A stretch of DNA of 63,762 bases, counting the filler, from Octopus bimaculoides (taxonomy: Eukaryota), in NCBI RefSeq assembly GCF_001194135.2. It is 8 parts of 7 records of this genome, joined end to end, with 100 filler letters (N's around TTAATTAATTAA, not from the genome) between each part and the next. Parts side by side here need not be neighbours in the genome. Positions count along the whole stretch, not along the records: positions 1 to 10,188 come from NC_068984.1; positions 10,289 to 17,297 come from NW_026312448.1; 6 more parts are not named here. One strand, written 5' to 3'. Under the pieces are notes generated by a model. It was not told the origin of the DNA. It did no database searches and saw only the letters and a list, made by a program, of their open reading frames with translations. A program made the position numbers and the translations under genes. Positions 1 to 12,435 of the stretch are shown piece by piece (within the stretch, counting starts at the first letter, position 1; each line of letters starts with the position of its first letter).

Positions 1-240
1 TTGTGCGGGTGGCACATAAAAGACACCATTTCGAGCGTGGCCGTTTTCGTGCGGGTGACACGTAAAAGCACCCACTACACTCTCTGAGTGGTTGGCGTTA
101 GGAAGGGCATCCAGCTGTAGAAACTCTGCCAAATCAGACTGGAGCCTGGTGTTGCCATCCGGTTTCACCAGTCCTCAGTCAAATCGTCCAACCCATGCTA
201 GCATGGAAAGCGGACGTTAAACGATGATGATGATGATGAT
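1..240 (+). mobile_element. RTE-related SINE-like repeat, 3' part with (GAT)n tail
   Basis: Ends ...GCGGACGTTAAACGATGATGAT. Contains GGTTGGCGTTAGGAAGGGCATCC. Further copies in the window at 411-522 and 4951-5312. Family assignment is inference. Confidence 0.7.
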
Positions 241-410
241 GAATGTGATCACAGACTGCACTGAGATTATCTCTTGCTCCTCTGTTATGAAGAGATTCAA
301 CATATATAGTAGTACAGGTCTCCTTTATCATCTAATAAATCTCCTTTAATAAATTCCTATTCTTTTTTTCAAAATATGTGGTTACTTTTGAGATACACTT
401 ATATACATAT

Positions 411-522
411 ATCATCATCATCTTCCATGCTGGCATAGGTTGGATGGTTCAGCAAGTTCTGGTTTTTAAGGCTGGGTTCCCAGGCTAACGCCAACCACTT
501 TACAGAGTGTACTGGGTGCTTT
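411..522 (-). mobile_element. Degenerate copy of the (GAT)n-tailed SINE-like repeat
   Basis: Reverse-complement similarity to 80-240 (CATCATC...CCATGCTGGCATAGGTTGGA...CTAACGCCAACCAC). Confidence 0.6.
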
Positions 523-2195
523 ATGGGTGAAAGTATAATAGAAAGAGAGGTGACTTTGCATTAGATACTGAGAGAGTAACGTATGAATGTAGGGACAGGA
601 ACATGATGCAGAGGAGATACACAGCTACCTTGCATTGGTTAAGAGTCAGTGAGAGTAATCAGGGTGAAGTTGGACAAAGAAATAAAGACGGTAATCACAT
701 GTCAGAGTCCTCAAAAAGACAAATAGAAAAGAGATTAGAGACAGAAAGTGAAGAAGGGTTGATTGGTAGCAGTTGCAAGATTATATGGGGAAAATGAGGA
801 ATGGCTTGAGATGAGAGTAGTGGTGATATACAAACACATACATGATAGCTGCAACTTGATTTCAAACAATGCTATTAACTGATTATTCTCTTAAACATGA
901 GCAGCTCAGATGTGGATTTTCAGTCCTGCTATGAACCTATATACTTTTGCACAGATATGGTAATGATGGGCGCCTTTTGCAACAGATGTTCAGAGAGCTT
1001 ACCACGTTGACACAAGCCTCCATTCCACCATGGAGTTCTTCACTGAGTATTTAGCCTTTTTCAGCTATTCCCAGCCATAATATGCAACACATAATAGAGA
1101 TGTTAAAAATCAAGTGATGCTAATACCTGAAGCTTCTTAAAGAGAGGACTGCTTTGCAAAGGGCCAGTTCCATTCTGTAAAAAACATATACATTTGCCCA
1201 AAAAGAAGAGTGATGTAGAACTAGTCTATATCATTGAATGCAAACGAAGTCTCAGGTGTTACATCAGAGCTTTCCTTCCCCTAAGAGTCTAAGAGTCTCT
1301 TACTCTCAACTGTTGGATGGTCATTGACTCTTCTGAGTTCAACCCCATTTTTATAGGTTTTGTTTTTTGTCCAGTAGGATGTCCAACGAAATTCACCTTC
1401 CTTAGCAAGCAGACTTAGTAGGGGTTGCCATTTTAATCATCAACTGCTTAATCATGTGACAGGTGGTACTGGACTGCATGTTACCAATAGCACTAAAAAC
1501 AACCTGACACAAATACATACACACACATACATACACACTCACATAACTGTATACATGCACATACATAAATGCACAAGTGCACATCCACATACACGCAAAT
1601 CAAAAATCAAACAGCAATCACTCACCTACTCACATACAACATACCCCAGCACACAACACATGCACTCTGGTGCTGACAGGATGCATATGGAAGATCAACA
1701 GATCCTTCTTCAAATCTTTCTTTCTTTCTTTCTTCATAGCTTTTTCTGCTTTTCTTCCTCTCTTCTCATCTTCCTTCTTTTCTTCCTTTCTCACTCTTCC
1801 ATCCCTGCATTTCATATGTGGCTGAAATAACACCACTGTTATGGTTACTATAGTAATAATTCCTTGTGCATTTGTTTTTCTTACTATATAACATACACAA
1901 AGTTCTACTCCCCACCGGTTACTCCTCTTACTGCAACTCTGGCTATCCCACCTCCTCCCTGTCTCATCACTCTAGATAAGATAAAGAGTAAAGTATAGTT
2001 GAAGCAGCATGTTGTTTTTTATCTGTTTTGTTTCTTCATACTTTGTTGTTTTGTTTTGTTCCTGACACTTTTTTCACTTTATTAAAAGCAACAGTCTCAC
2101 ATCTTCCATAACTATCTCTCTCGCTCCTCTTCGTCACCCTTTCCCATTCACTCTCTATCAGCCTATCAATCTATTCAGCTATCTATAGACATGCA

Positions 2196-2196
2196 T

Positions 2197-2240
<44 letters not shown>

Positions 2241-2245
2241 ACACA

Positions 2246-2312
<67 letters not shown>
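2196..2312. repeat. (AC)n microsatellite, representative of dozens of AC/AT/AG tracts in the window
   Basis: Seen directly. Confidence 0.95.
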
Positions 2313-2314
<2 letters not shown>

Positions 2315-3229
2315 ATACATATCTTATTTCTGTTTACTAGACAAAATAATTTTTTACTCAACTTACTGCCACATACCATCAACATACACACACAAACATA
2401 GCACACATACACACACAAACATAGCACACATACACACACTCATATGCACACACACATGCACACATGCACAAAAACAACATACAAATAATACAATACCACC
2501 ACAACCACTATTACTACTACTACTACTGTTTTCTCACACACAGTTCTATTATTTTTTTTCTGTTTATCTTTGGGTACAGTGGAGGGGATGGGTAATTGTG
2601 TGTGTGTGTGTGTTTAGATGTTTACTACAGTCTACTCTTTCTTTCTCTCTTGTCTTTTTCTTTACTCTTTCTTTCATCTTTTTCTTTTTTCCTCTTCCTC
2701 CCTCTCTCTCTCTCTCTCTCTTTCTCTCTTTCTTCATCTTTCTTCTCAGTTTTTGATTTTACCTAAATTCTCTTGTTTATATGTGTGTGTATTTATGTGT
2801 GTGTGTGTGCGTGTGTGTGTATTTCTTTCATTTCTTTTTCTAATTTGCTGTTGTGATTTTACGAGCTTCTTTTTGTGTTTTTGTTTTCTTTCGCGAAAAG
2901 CCTCCCTCAACTTCAGGATGTGAACAGGAACAACAGAAGCAAAAACAAACAAATTGGTCACTGTGGTTTATACATTTAACCCCAGAATAATGAATAATTT
3001 GATTGATGAAAACTAAAGGATATAAACAGATGACACAAGACTAGACAGCAGGGGAAAAAAAAAAAAACAGAAAGAAAAAAAAGGAACAAACACTACTCAA
3101 ATTTTTTCTGTTCCAACACAACAAAACTATGTCAGTATAAACTTTGGTTTGGCTTTGTTTGTTTGTTTTGCTAAATATTAACAACATACATTCAGAAATG
3201 CTTGTCTGACAATCACTTTATTTCTCTAA

Positions 3230-3309
3230 CTATCCATCTATCTATTGATCAATCTATCTATCTGTTTGTTAGTCTGTCTGCCTACCTGGCTGTCTATCCA
3301 TCCATCCAT

Positions 3310-3383
<74 letters not shown>

Positions 3384-3452
3384 GTTTGTATATCTGTCTA
3401 TTTGTCTATCTGTCTATCTATCTACCAATCTATCTATCTGTCTGTCTGTCTA
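3230..3452. repeat. (TCTA)n/(TCTG)n tetranucleotide repeat
   Basis: Seen directly. Confidence 0.9.
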
Positions 3453-3612
3453 AGTGCATATATATATATATATTCATTTATTCATATCAATGTTTGTATA
3501 TGTACGTATGTGTATATATATTTATATATGCCCATAGTCTTTGCTAACCTCCCTCCCCACTGAGATCATATGCATGTGAGCGCTTCTGTGTGTGTATGTG
3601 TGTGCATGTGCA

Positions 3613-3652
<40 letters not shown>

Positions 3653-4124
3653 GATGGATGGATGGATGTTCATATTAATGTTATAATGTTATGTCAAGTC
3701 AAATATAAAAGCAATTTAACATTAAACAAGAATTACTTGATTTTTTTTTGTCGAGTACAATAAGTGGGGTGGCAGTGACTTTGAAGACTGTAAAACAACG
3801 ACTAGCTGGCCANNNNNNNNNNNNNNNNNNNNNNNNNNNNNNNNNNNNNNNNNNNNNNNNNNNNNNNNNNNNNNNNNNNNNNNNNNNNNNNNNNNNNNNN
3901 NNNNNNNNNNNNNNNNNNNNNNNNNNNNNNNNNNNNNNNNNNNNNNNNNNNNNNNNNNNNNNNNNNNNNNNNNNNNNNNNNNNNNNNNNNNNNNNNNNNN
4001 NNNNNNNNNNNNNNNNNNNNNNNNNNNNNNNNNNNNNNNNNNNNNNNNNNNNNNNNNNNNNNNNNNNNNNNNNNNNNNNNNNNNNNNNNNNNNNNNNNNN
4101 NNNNNNNNNNNNNNNNNNNNNNNN

Positions 4125-4155
<31 letters not shown>

Positions 4156-4274
4156 CTGTGGGGCAGCTGATGACAGAAGTATGTTGGATTGTTGGTCTGG
4201 ATGTTATTGTACGTGCGGAATAGTTTTATAAGACATCCATTTGTTATATATATATATAATTATATATATAATTA

Positions 4275-4753
4275 AATGAGGCAGCTAGTTAGCAGAGTTT
4301 TACCAAAAAGGGAAACAATGAATGTCATTAAATATGACTGAGGATGTTAGAACACCTACACTGCTAGAAATAAGAGCTGAAGGGCTCTGTTGCTGTTATC
4401 AATGCACATAAAATTATATACATACATGCTGGCAGCGAGTGTAGGTGGTCGGAATGTGGCGATCATGATATCTCTTTGCAGTACGGTTTCAGCTTTAGGC
4501 TGAGGCACCATCAGAAGGGTCGCCGGAGATTGCCAGTTTTCAGACAACCCAGCTACAAGCATATATGTTTACTGCATAAAAGTTCATGGATGATTTAGCA
4601 AATCGCTAATGTGTATACAATTGATTGAATGAGGCAGCTAGTTGTGTAGAGTGTCACCAAAAAAGGAAAACAATAAATGTGATTAAATATGACTGAGGGT
4701 GTTACAACACCTATGATAGAAATAAAAGCTAAAGGGCTTTGTTGCTGCTGTCA

Positions 4754-4755
<2 letters not shown>
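4275..4755 (-). mobile_element. Penelope-like/retrozyme-like remnant: two ~128-bp direct repeats (4275-4403, 4628-4755) around a hammerhead-like vestige
   Basis: Direct repeats AATGAGGCAGCTAGTT...TCAAT with 353-bp period, flanked by (TA)n. Minus-strand CTGATGG...GCTGAAACCGTACTGC at 4478-4520. Class is inference. Confidence 0.45.
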
Positions 4756-4790
<35 letters not shown>

Positions 4791-4950
4791 NNNNNNNNNN
4801 NNNNNNNNNNNNNNNNNNNNNNNNNNNNNNNNNNNNNNNNNNNNNNNNNNNNNNNNNNNNNNNNNNNNNNNNNNNNNNNNNNNNNNNNNNNNNNNNNNNN
4901 NNNNNNNNNNNNNNNNNNNNNNNNNNNNNNNNNNNNNNNNNNTATATATA

Positions 4951-5312
4951 TCATCATCATCATCATCATCGTTTAATGTCTGCTTTCCATACTAGCATGG
5001 GTTGGATGGTTTGACTGAGGACTGGCAAACCGGATGGCTGCACCAGGCTCCAGTCTGATCTGGCAGAGTTTCTACAGCTGGATGTCCTTCCTAACGCCAA
5101 CCACTCCGAGTGTGTAGTGGGTGCTTTTACGTGCCACCGGCACAAGGGCCAGTCTGGCAGTACTAGCAACAGCCACGCTCAAATGGTGTTTTTTACGTGC
5201 CACTTGCATAGGAGTCAGTCCAGTGGCACTGACAACGACCTCGGTCGAATGTTTTGTTCATGTGCCACCGGCACAAGTGCCAGTAAGGTGACGCCTGCAC
5301 GAGAGCCGGTCC
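4951..5312 (-). mobile_element. RTE-related SINE-like repeat (same family as 1-240)
   Basis: High reverse-complement identity to 60-240, plus internal GTGCCACCGGCAC repeats. Confidence 0.75.
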
Positions 5313-6690
5313 AGAATACTTTATGTGTGTTTGTGTGTGTGCGTGTGTGTTTGTGTGTGCGTGTGTGCATGTGTGTGCATATATGTGTGAGTGTGTGCAA
5401 GTGCATGCTCATGTGTATGTTTTTTGTGATCATCCCCATCAATATTTAACATTCTGTCTGCATGCTCAGATGGTTTGGATGGGTCCATAGCATCAGACAA
5501 GCTGGTGAACCACATTCAGCTTCAATGTCTGTTTTGGTCACATTTCATTGACCAAATGAACTTCCTAATTCCAACCACTTTCTAGGGTGTGCTGGGTGCT
5601 TTTTTTTTGTCATGACATCAGCACCAGTGAGATTGCTTTACAACAAAAAAGAAGAGCCTAAAGGGCTCTCTACAATAGAAAGAGCATAAGTGAGAGACGG
5701 AGAGAGGGTGATGATTTTTAAGCAAGGTAATGTGAGAGAGTAGGATATGATGAGAAGAACATATTGATGGTTGTGAGAGGGTGACTGTAGAGAAAGTAAC
5801 AGAGCAGACACTATCCAACTTCTATACCAGCATGGAAGATGGTCATTAAACGATGATGAAGAGGAGGAGGAGAAGGATGATATGCACAGACATTTGTTCA
5901 CTTTTTCATACCTGCATGGAATCGGTTGGGGCAGATTTTCTGCAGCTGTATGTCCTTCCTATCCCAAACACTCACTTGTTTTCAAGCAAGACAATATTTT
6001 CTCATGGCTGAACATATCCTCACAGAAAATTAGATTTTACACCATTTGTATACTGGAGGCACACACAATCTCTTAATCAACCAAAACTAAATGCTTTTGA
6101 TTTCCGTGCCATTTCATTCTATTTCATATTAATTCATTTCACCCAATAATGCTCAGTATTCCCCTAAATAGAACTACCAGAGAATTATGCAATTAAATTA
6201 GATATACAAATTAACTTTATGTATTAATGGGTTTATTATAAATGTTACCAGTTTACTTAATGAACATCCCAAAAGTCTTATACCTATCTAAAATATCAGT
6301 AATGTTGTTTTGCAGATTCATTAATTCACAGTATAGTTTTGTTATATTTAGATTTGTTTTCAATTAATTTTGCAAAGTTCACACTCAACTGATAAAGATG
6401 AGTGATTAAGGAAATTAAACCATATACAAGGTGAACAATGTTGTTGTTGCTGTTTAAATGGAGCAAGTTTCTACCAAGTTTCTATTTGGTTTCAACTCCT
6501 AGTTGTAGTTATTTACACTAAGTTTATATTGCTAACAGCCTTAGATTACATCTTCTGTTGTTAATATTGATAACACAAATTATATTGCTAACATTCTTAG
6601 TTTATACTGAATTATTGCTAATATTACAAACACCCTTACCTTATAATGTCATATTGCTAATGTTAGCTTATGTTGAAGTGTTGCTGATTT

Positions 6691-7303
6691 TACTCTTTTA
6701 CTCTTTTACTCTTTTACTTGTTTCAGTCATTTGACTGCGGCCATGCTGAAGCACCGCCTCTAGTCGAGCAAATTGACCCCATGACTTATTCTTTGTAAGC
6801 CTAGTACTTATTCTATCAGTCTCTTTTTGCCGAACCGCCAAGTTACGGGTACGTAAACACACCAGCATCGGTTGTCAAGTGATGTTGTGGGAACAAACAC
6901 AGACACACACACACACACACATATATATATACATATACATATATACGACAGGCTTCTTTCAGTTTCCATNNNNNNNNNNNNNNNNNNNNNNNNNNNNNNN
7001 NNNNNNNNNNNNNNNNNNNNNNNNNNNNNNNNNNNNNNNNNNNNNNNNNNNNNNNNNNNNNNNNNNNNNNNNNNNNNNNNNNNNNNNNNNNNNNNNNNNN
7101 NNNNNNNNNNNNNNNNNNNNNNNNNNNNNNNNNNNNNNNNNNNNNNNNNNNNNNNNNNNNNNNNNNNNNNNNNNNNNNNNNNNNNNNNNNNNNNNNNNNN
7201 NNNNNNNNNNNNNNNNNNNNNNNNNNNNNNNNNNNNNNNNNNNNNNNNNNNNNNNNNNNNNNNNNNNNNNNNNNNNNNNNNNNNNNNNNTATATATATAT
7301 ATA

Positions 7304-7334
<31 letters not shown>

Positions 7335-7504
7335 TATACGACGGGCTTCTTTCAGTTTCTGTCTACCAAATCCACTCACAAGGCTTTGGTCAGCCCGAGG
7401 CTATAGTAGAAGACACTTGCCCAAGGTGCCACGCAGTGGGACTGAACCCAGAACCATGTGGTTGGCAAGCAAGCTACTTACCACACAGCCACTCCTATGC
7501 CTAT
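6691..7504 (-). mobile_element. tRNA-derived SINE (octopus OR-type, CORE-like) with internal TA/CA microsatellite and assembly gap
   Basis: Minus strand head GGAGTGGCTGTGTGGTAAGTAGCTTGC...GGTTCTGGGTTCAGTCCC (A/B boxes), then GGCACCTTGGGCAAGTGTC. The 3' half ends (GTAAAAGA)n. Many copies in the window. Confidence 0.85.
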
Positions 7505-7987
7505 GAAAATGATGAAATTATTTTGCTAAATTCTTCATTATTTTACAAAATTAATTGCAACAAAAGCAGTGTATTTCAACAGAAATATTGTAATGAAAGG
7601 GTTAACTTATATTCTTAATCTCTACAAAGTAAAAAAAAAAGCCAGAAATTAATAAGATCCTATTTTCCTTCCCCTTTAGGTACCTTTGTATAATAAATTG
7701 ATATTGTAGTAATGTGGTCAATAAGTAATCAAAAACAACCTAGTGGCTTTCAGTTCTTGTTTTGAACTTTGCTCCCAACAGACTAACTAGTGTTTTATAT
7801 TATCAAAACACAAGAGGCTGAAGATTAAGTTGACCTCAGTGAAACATAATCTCAGTGAAACATAATATCTAATTTGTATTTAGTATTGTATTTACTGGAT
7901 TTTCCTTTATCTGATCTGAGTTATTTAATGACAATTTCATAACTATAAGTATGAGAATCACAAATATATAGTGTGATAGAGTGTAAG

Positions 7988-8680
7988 ACTACCTACCAGT
8001 TGAAGAATTAGTGGTCTACATGCTGTCGTTAGTGCTGCACAATGCCTTTAACCAAGTCTTTTGCATCTTGCAGCAAGGTCTGCCTACTTGTAAATCAATG
8101 CTATGATGTAGATAAGCAGCCAGAGCAGTGGAAAATTAACTATTGTTTTGATAGCTTGCAGCACTGAGTTCAATCTTATGTAGAAGTATCAGCAGACCCA
8201 TTGCAATGTATTCTTCCCACAGATGATTCATCCATAAAGTTATCAGTTACTGTCTATAACCCAATGATGGATTCTTTGACATTAAGAATGGACATGTAAT
8301 TAATTCCAACAGAACCAATGATTTTATTCAAGGTACCAGGAATATGATACAAGAATACCAATTTGCAAGATACAAGGTATATTACCCAATTAAATATTAA
8401 ATCCTTTAATTTATTTGCTAATTATATTTTTCCCCTATTTTTCCATCTACTGCCATATTGCTAAAACATGCCAAATAAACTTATTCCTGTTTATAAGACA
8501 TCTCTTTTCCTGAGTTGAATGCCAGCAAAGCAAATATTTTGTTTATGAGAAGATTCGAGCAAATTAATGATGCATTGGTCTTTCTCCTCCAATATTGCTT
8601 ACAACAACAACATATGGTGACCCAATGAAGGAATCTCTACATGGTCTCAGTCTTATTTGTGTCTATGATGTATAATAGCA
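7988..8680 (+). pseudogene. Coding-like decayed block of unknown identity with a possible 121-bp intron (8377-8497)
   Basis: Frame from 8042 is open for ~85 codons with a single TGA. Neighbouring frames are open for 30-45 codons. AAG|GTATAT...TTTATAAG|AC flanks an AT-rich intron-like segment. No family recognised. Confidence 0.25.
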
Positions 8681-8687
8681 ATATATG

Positions 8688-9301
8688 TCACTCTGGTCGA
8701 AGTTTTTCTTGCTTGAGAAAAAACCAAATCAAATCTTCTTCTGCTGGATTTTTAAGTTTGTTTAAAAGCCTTTTAGATCTGGTGTAGTGATTTTCTTTTG
8801 CTTTTTCTGACAAATTGACCTTTCCTCATCACATAAGACTTATATCTGATGTCTTCGTGGACAGCATTCCTGACTGTTCCTTCTGACACATGGAGATCTT
8901 TGCTATTGACCTCATGGACTCTCTGGGATTGTAATCAATCATGGACTTTCTGGGATTGTAATCAATGGTCTGTTGAACTTACTGGATAAATTCAAGTGTT
9001 CTGATGATTTCAGAGTATGCAGAATGCTTTTTATGCTTTGATACTGGTGATACATTTCCATCTTCAGTCTCTAGCTCCTTACAACCTTTGTAGATGAAAG
9101 ATCTGGCAACTTTTAAAATTCAAGATATTTCTAAATTGCTATGATCAGCCTTTATAACCACAGTAACAGCATGTCTCTTCATTTTTTGAGTAAGCTGAGG
9201 GTCTGTCCTTATTATCTTCTGAAACAAAAGTTATACAGAATTAGCAAAAACTGCAGCAATGACCTAAAAGAGGTATGTCCTCAAATACCTTATGCACTCT
9301 G
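8688..9301 (-). mobile_element. Tc1/mariner transposon 5' remnant (maT/DD37D-like transposase pseudogene)
   Basis: TA|CAGAGTG end at 9301; ATG at 9182. Translation with stops and frameshifts gives MKRHAV...RSIAK-DLHVSEGTVRNAVHEDIRYKSYVMRKGQF-SEKAKENHYTRSKRLLNKLKNPAEEDLIWFF..EKNFDQ (HTH plus start of the catalytic domain). Confidence 0.8.
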
Positions 9302-9310
9302 TATATATAT

Positions 9311-9411
9311 TTCGAGCATTGGGCCTCACAGAGGCAAGGTGGTTGAGTTCCTTTCAAGCATTGGGCCTCATGGAGGCAAAGTGGCTGAGTTTCTTTCAAG
9401 CATTAGGCCTT
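9311..9411. repeat. 42-bp tandem repeat, 2.4 units
   Basis: Units TTC(G/A)AGCATTGGGCCTCA... start at 9311, 9353 and 9395. Confidence 0.8.
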
Positions 9412-9570
9412 AAAGGGTTTTTAGTTGAACAAATCAACACCATGATTTATTCTTTGTAAGCCTAGTACTTATTCTATCAGGCTCTTTTGCCGAACTGCTA
9501 AGTTACAGGAACATAAACACACCAACATCAGTTGTCAAGTGATGGTGGGGGGCAAACACAGACACACCCA
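9412..9570 (-). mobile_element. OR-type SINE 3' half
   Basis: TTCTTTGTAAGCCTAGTACTTATTCTATC...TTTGCCGAAC matches 6780-6900. Confidence 0.75.
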
Positions 9571-9708
9571 TAACTACATACACACACAGAGATATATAAA
9601 TCCACTGAATGTATATAAATAAACCTTCAAACAGAGGCACGCCCAACAGTGTGGCACACCCAACAGTGTGGCACACCCAAGTACCTTAATCTTATCTACC
9701 AAATACTT

Positions 9709-9778
9709 TAGTTCACTGAAGAGATGGAAGTAAAGTGGGGTACTATGACCTCTTGGCTGAAACAGCTGTAAGAAACTA
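9709..9778 (+). ncRNA. Degenerate minimal type I hammerhead ribozyme motif
   Basis: CTGAAGA at 9716-9722; GAAACAGCTGTA at 9759-9770 with palindromic ACAGCTGT and a GUA triplet. Stem I TAGTTC(A)/AGAAACTA is imperfect and stem II is eroded. Confidence 0.55.
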
Positions 9779-10146
9779 TTCTACTTTCTTTCTATGTTCT
9801 ACATTATATATTTTAATAATTACTGGTATTTTTATAAATGTAAAGCATAATATGTTATACATGTATGTATATTGTTATAATTGTTTTTTTTTTAAATAAA
9901 TAAATAGACATAATATAATATCTAAAAGTTGATGAATACCACCTCTTGATCCCCTCCATTTTCTTATTGCCGTATAAATTAAGGGTAAAACAACTTTTTA
10001 CCCTCACCCATTTATTACATCCAGTAGTGTATCTGTCATGCAATGAAAAAAACACTTGTGTATTAATAATTGGGTATTCTACCAGCAGTACATTGGATAG
10101 ATATTATCCCTTAGTTGGTTGGATTCACAACCTCTCACTCGCTTGG

Positions 10147-10177
<31 letters not shown>

Positions 10178-10484
10178 CAAGAATAAGGNNNNNNNNNNNN
10201 NNNNNNNNNNNNNNNNNNNNNNNNNNNNNNNNTTAATTAATTAANNNNNNNNNNNNNNNNNNNNNNNNNNNNNNNNNNNNNNNNNNNNATATAATATAAT
10301 ATACAATATATAATATATATATATATTAAATCATCATCATCATCACCATCCATTTGATGATCGCAGTTGAAACATATGCCGCAACTTCTTCACAAAATAA
10401 CTTATGGACATGCTCCAGTATGGCCTTACCAATAATGGTTAAAAGAACCTGAATTAAAATTAGTAAACATACTGCCCTATTTTT

Positions 10485-10517
<33 letters not shown>

Positions 10518-10726
10518 ACACACGCACATGACTACATGATCGTCGCCAGCAGTTGTACATAACACAGTTAATATATTAAGGTCAGCAAGCTTCTAAAGGG
10601 ACATTTCCACACCACTGATCAGATATTACATTTATCAAGTCATTGTTTGATTCAGATGTACTGATGTAAACAGTCTAATTCATCTGGATGTGGGGAAAAG
10701 TTACTGAGATAAAATGGGTGGCTGGA

Positions 10727-10758
<32 letters not shown>

Positions 10759-11106
10759 TATGTGATTAGCAGCAGTAGTAGCAGCAACAGCAGTAAATGT
10801 AGTGATGTGTTCTTACGTTCTCTATATGTATGATTGACTTAATGTAAACAAAGCACATGAAAAATATTCACAGCTAAGAGTGACCTCATTAAACAAAGGT
10901 GACAAATTTTTAACAGCTGAGAAAACAGACATTAGACCTCTTCTCTTCCTTCTTCTCTTCCTATTACTACTGCTATTAAATAAATATTCATTCCTCTTTC
11001 TAACTGACCCCTTCCTACACACATACACACTTCCTATTTGGGGTTCAGATTTGTTATCTATTTGCATTTGTGAGAAGTAACAATTATAACAACAGCAATA
11101 ACAACA

Positions 11107-11332
11107 ATAATCCTTTCTACTAAAGACACAAGGCCTGAAATTTTGGGGGAGAGGACCAGTCAGTTACATCAACTCCAGTCAGTTACATCAACTCCACTGG
11201 TACTTAATTCATCAACCCTGAAAGGATGAAAGGCAAAGCTGACCTCGGAGGAATCTCAACTCAGAACATGCAGACAGACAAAGTGCCATGAAGCATTTTG
11301 CCTGGATGATAACGAATCTGCCAGCTCGCCAC
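11107..11332 (-). mobile_element. tRNA-derived SINE with Meta-like core and (ATT)n tail
   Basis: Minus strand GGTGGCGAGCTGGCAGA head, TTTGCCTTTCATCCTTTC core, ...TAGAAAGGATTATT tail. Superfamily name is inference. Confidence 0.75.
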
Positions 11333-11357
11333 CATAATAATAATCATAACAATAATA

Positions 11358-11685
11358 AAGGAAATGGAGAAACTTTCAAAATACAAAGACCTGGAAATAG
11401 AGGTAACTCGAATGTGGAATCTAAAAACAGAAACAATTCCTATCATAGTAGGTGCCTTGGGTATAATAAAAAAATATTCAGACAAATACATAACAAAAAC
11501 ACCAGGACTTACAAATATATATAACATATAAAAAATTGCACTACTGGGCACTGCACACATCCTACACAAAACACTTTCAATACAGTAACCATAAGAGCAT
11601 CACAGCAAACCACAGCACATACCCAAGGCACATAGAGCTGCGCTCGGTAGTGAAGTGAAAGCACGTTATAAAAATAAAACTACTG
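11358..11685 (+). mobile_element. R4/Dong-type non-LTR retrotransposon 3' end (RLE endonuclease C-terminus plus 3' UTR)
   Basis: KEMEKLSKYKDLEIEVTRMWNLKTETIPIIVGALG...KIALLGTAHILHKTLSIQ*, followed by (AAT)n. Confidence 0.85.
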
Positions 11686-11700
11686 AATAATAATAATAAT

Positions 11701-11918
11701 AACAAGAGCACTCAGAGAGCGCAAACCTCCACCAAGGTAACAACGACGTACTCTCAATGATTAGCCAGGGATGATTTTTAAAATGAGAATATCTGAAATA
11801 AACTCGACTGCTCCCCCAAACGAAAATACTAAAACTGAACCTGACTACTCTCAAAAATTAAGCAAAAATAAATTGGAAAAATAATCCAGAATCCTTGTCC
11901 AGTATCTGATAGATCCCA
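11701..11918 (+). mobile_element. Helentron/DINE-1-like non-autonomous element, 5' part
   Basis: Starts AACAAGAG...AAACCTCCACCAAGG and shares AATAATCCAGAATCCTTGTC...ATAGATCCCAA with 12436-12476. Class is inference. Confidence 0.4.
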
Positions 11919-12435
11919 ATGGTAGTCATGGAATGTGAAGGTGGCTGTAGATAATTTAGTAACAATAATAAATAGTTTACCCTTATCTAATACAAACCAA
12001 AGTTAATGAATTCACCATTCAAAATAGTTTCCAAAGTGGAGGTGATAATAAGTTCTACTCAGGAAATTTTAAATGAATATGTTTTAGTTTTCTCCTCTCT
12101 TAAATTCCAGCCTTCCTTTAGTATTCTTGTTGTTTTAAATCAATGTACAGTTGTATGTATATATGTAAGTGTACTGTAAAGTGTTAATATGTATGTATAA
12201 TATATAATATATATATTATAAAAATTTGTTAGTGTTATTTAATTTCTGAACAGTTTTGCTGCCATTTGTTTACGTAGTTTGATTTCTTTATCCATCAGTT
12301 TCTACCAAGATAGAGACATGAGTAAAATTAATAATAGAGATATAAAAATAAAAATTTGGAAACAGTCTAATGGGAGATAATTGAGAAAGACTTGAAAGTC
12401 AACATAAGACCGTAATCATGTAAAGTAAATATAAC

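Noticed and set aside
150-185. CTGAGGA-CTGGT-GAAACCGG on the minus strand of the SINE-like repeat
   Set aside because: No stem II or stem I, and no valid NUH triplet.
900-1400. Faint RTE-like peptide fragments on the minus strand
   Set aside because: Too degenerate to support without a profile search.
10233-10244. TTAATTAATTAA centred in 100-bp N blocks (also ~17342, 22995, 33693, 37974, 53995, 61319)
   Set aside because: Assembly gap spacer with stop codons in all six frames; not biological.
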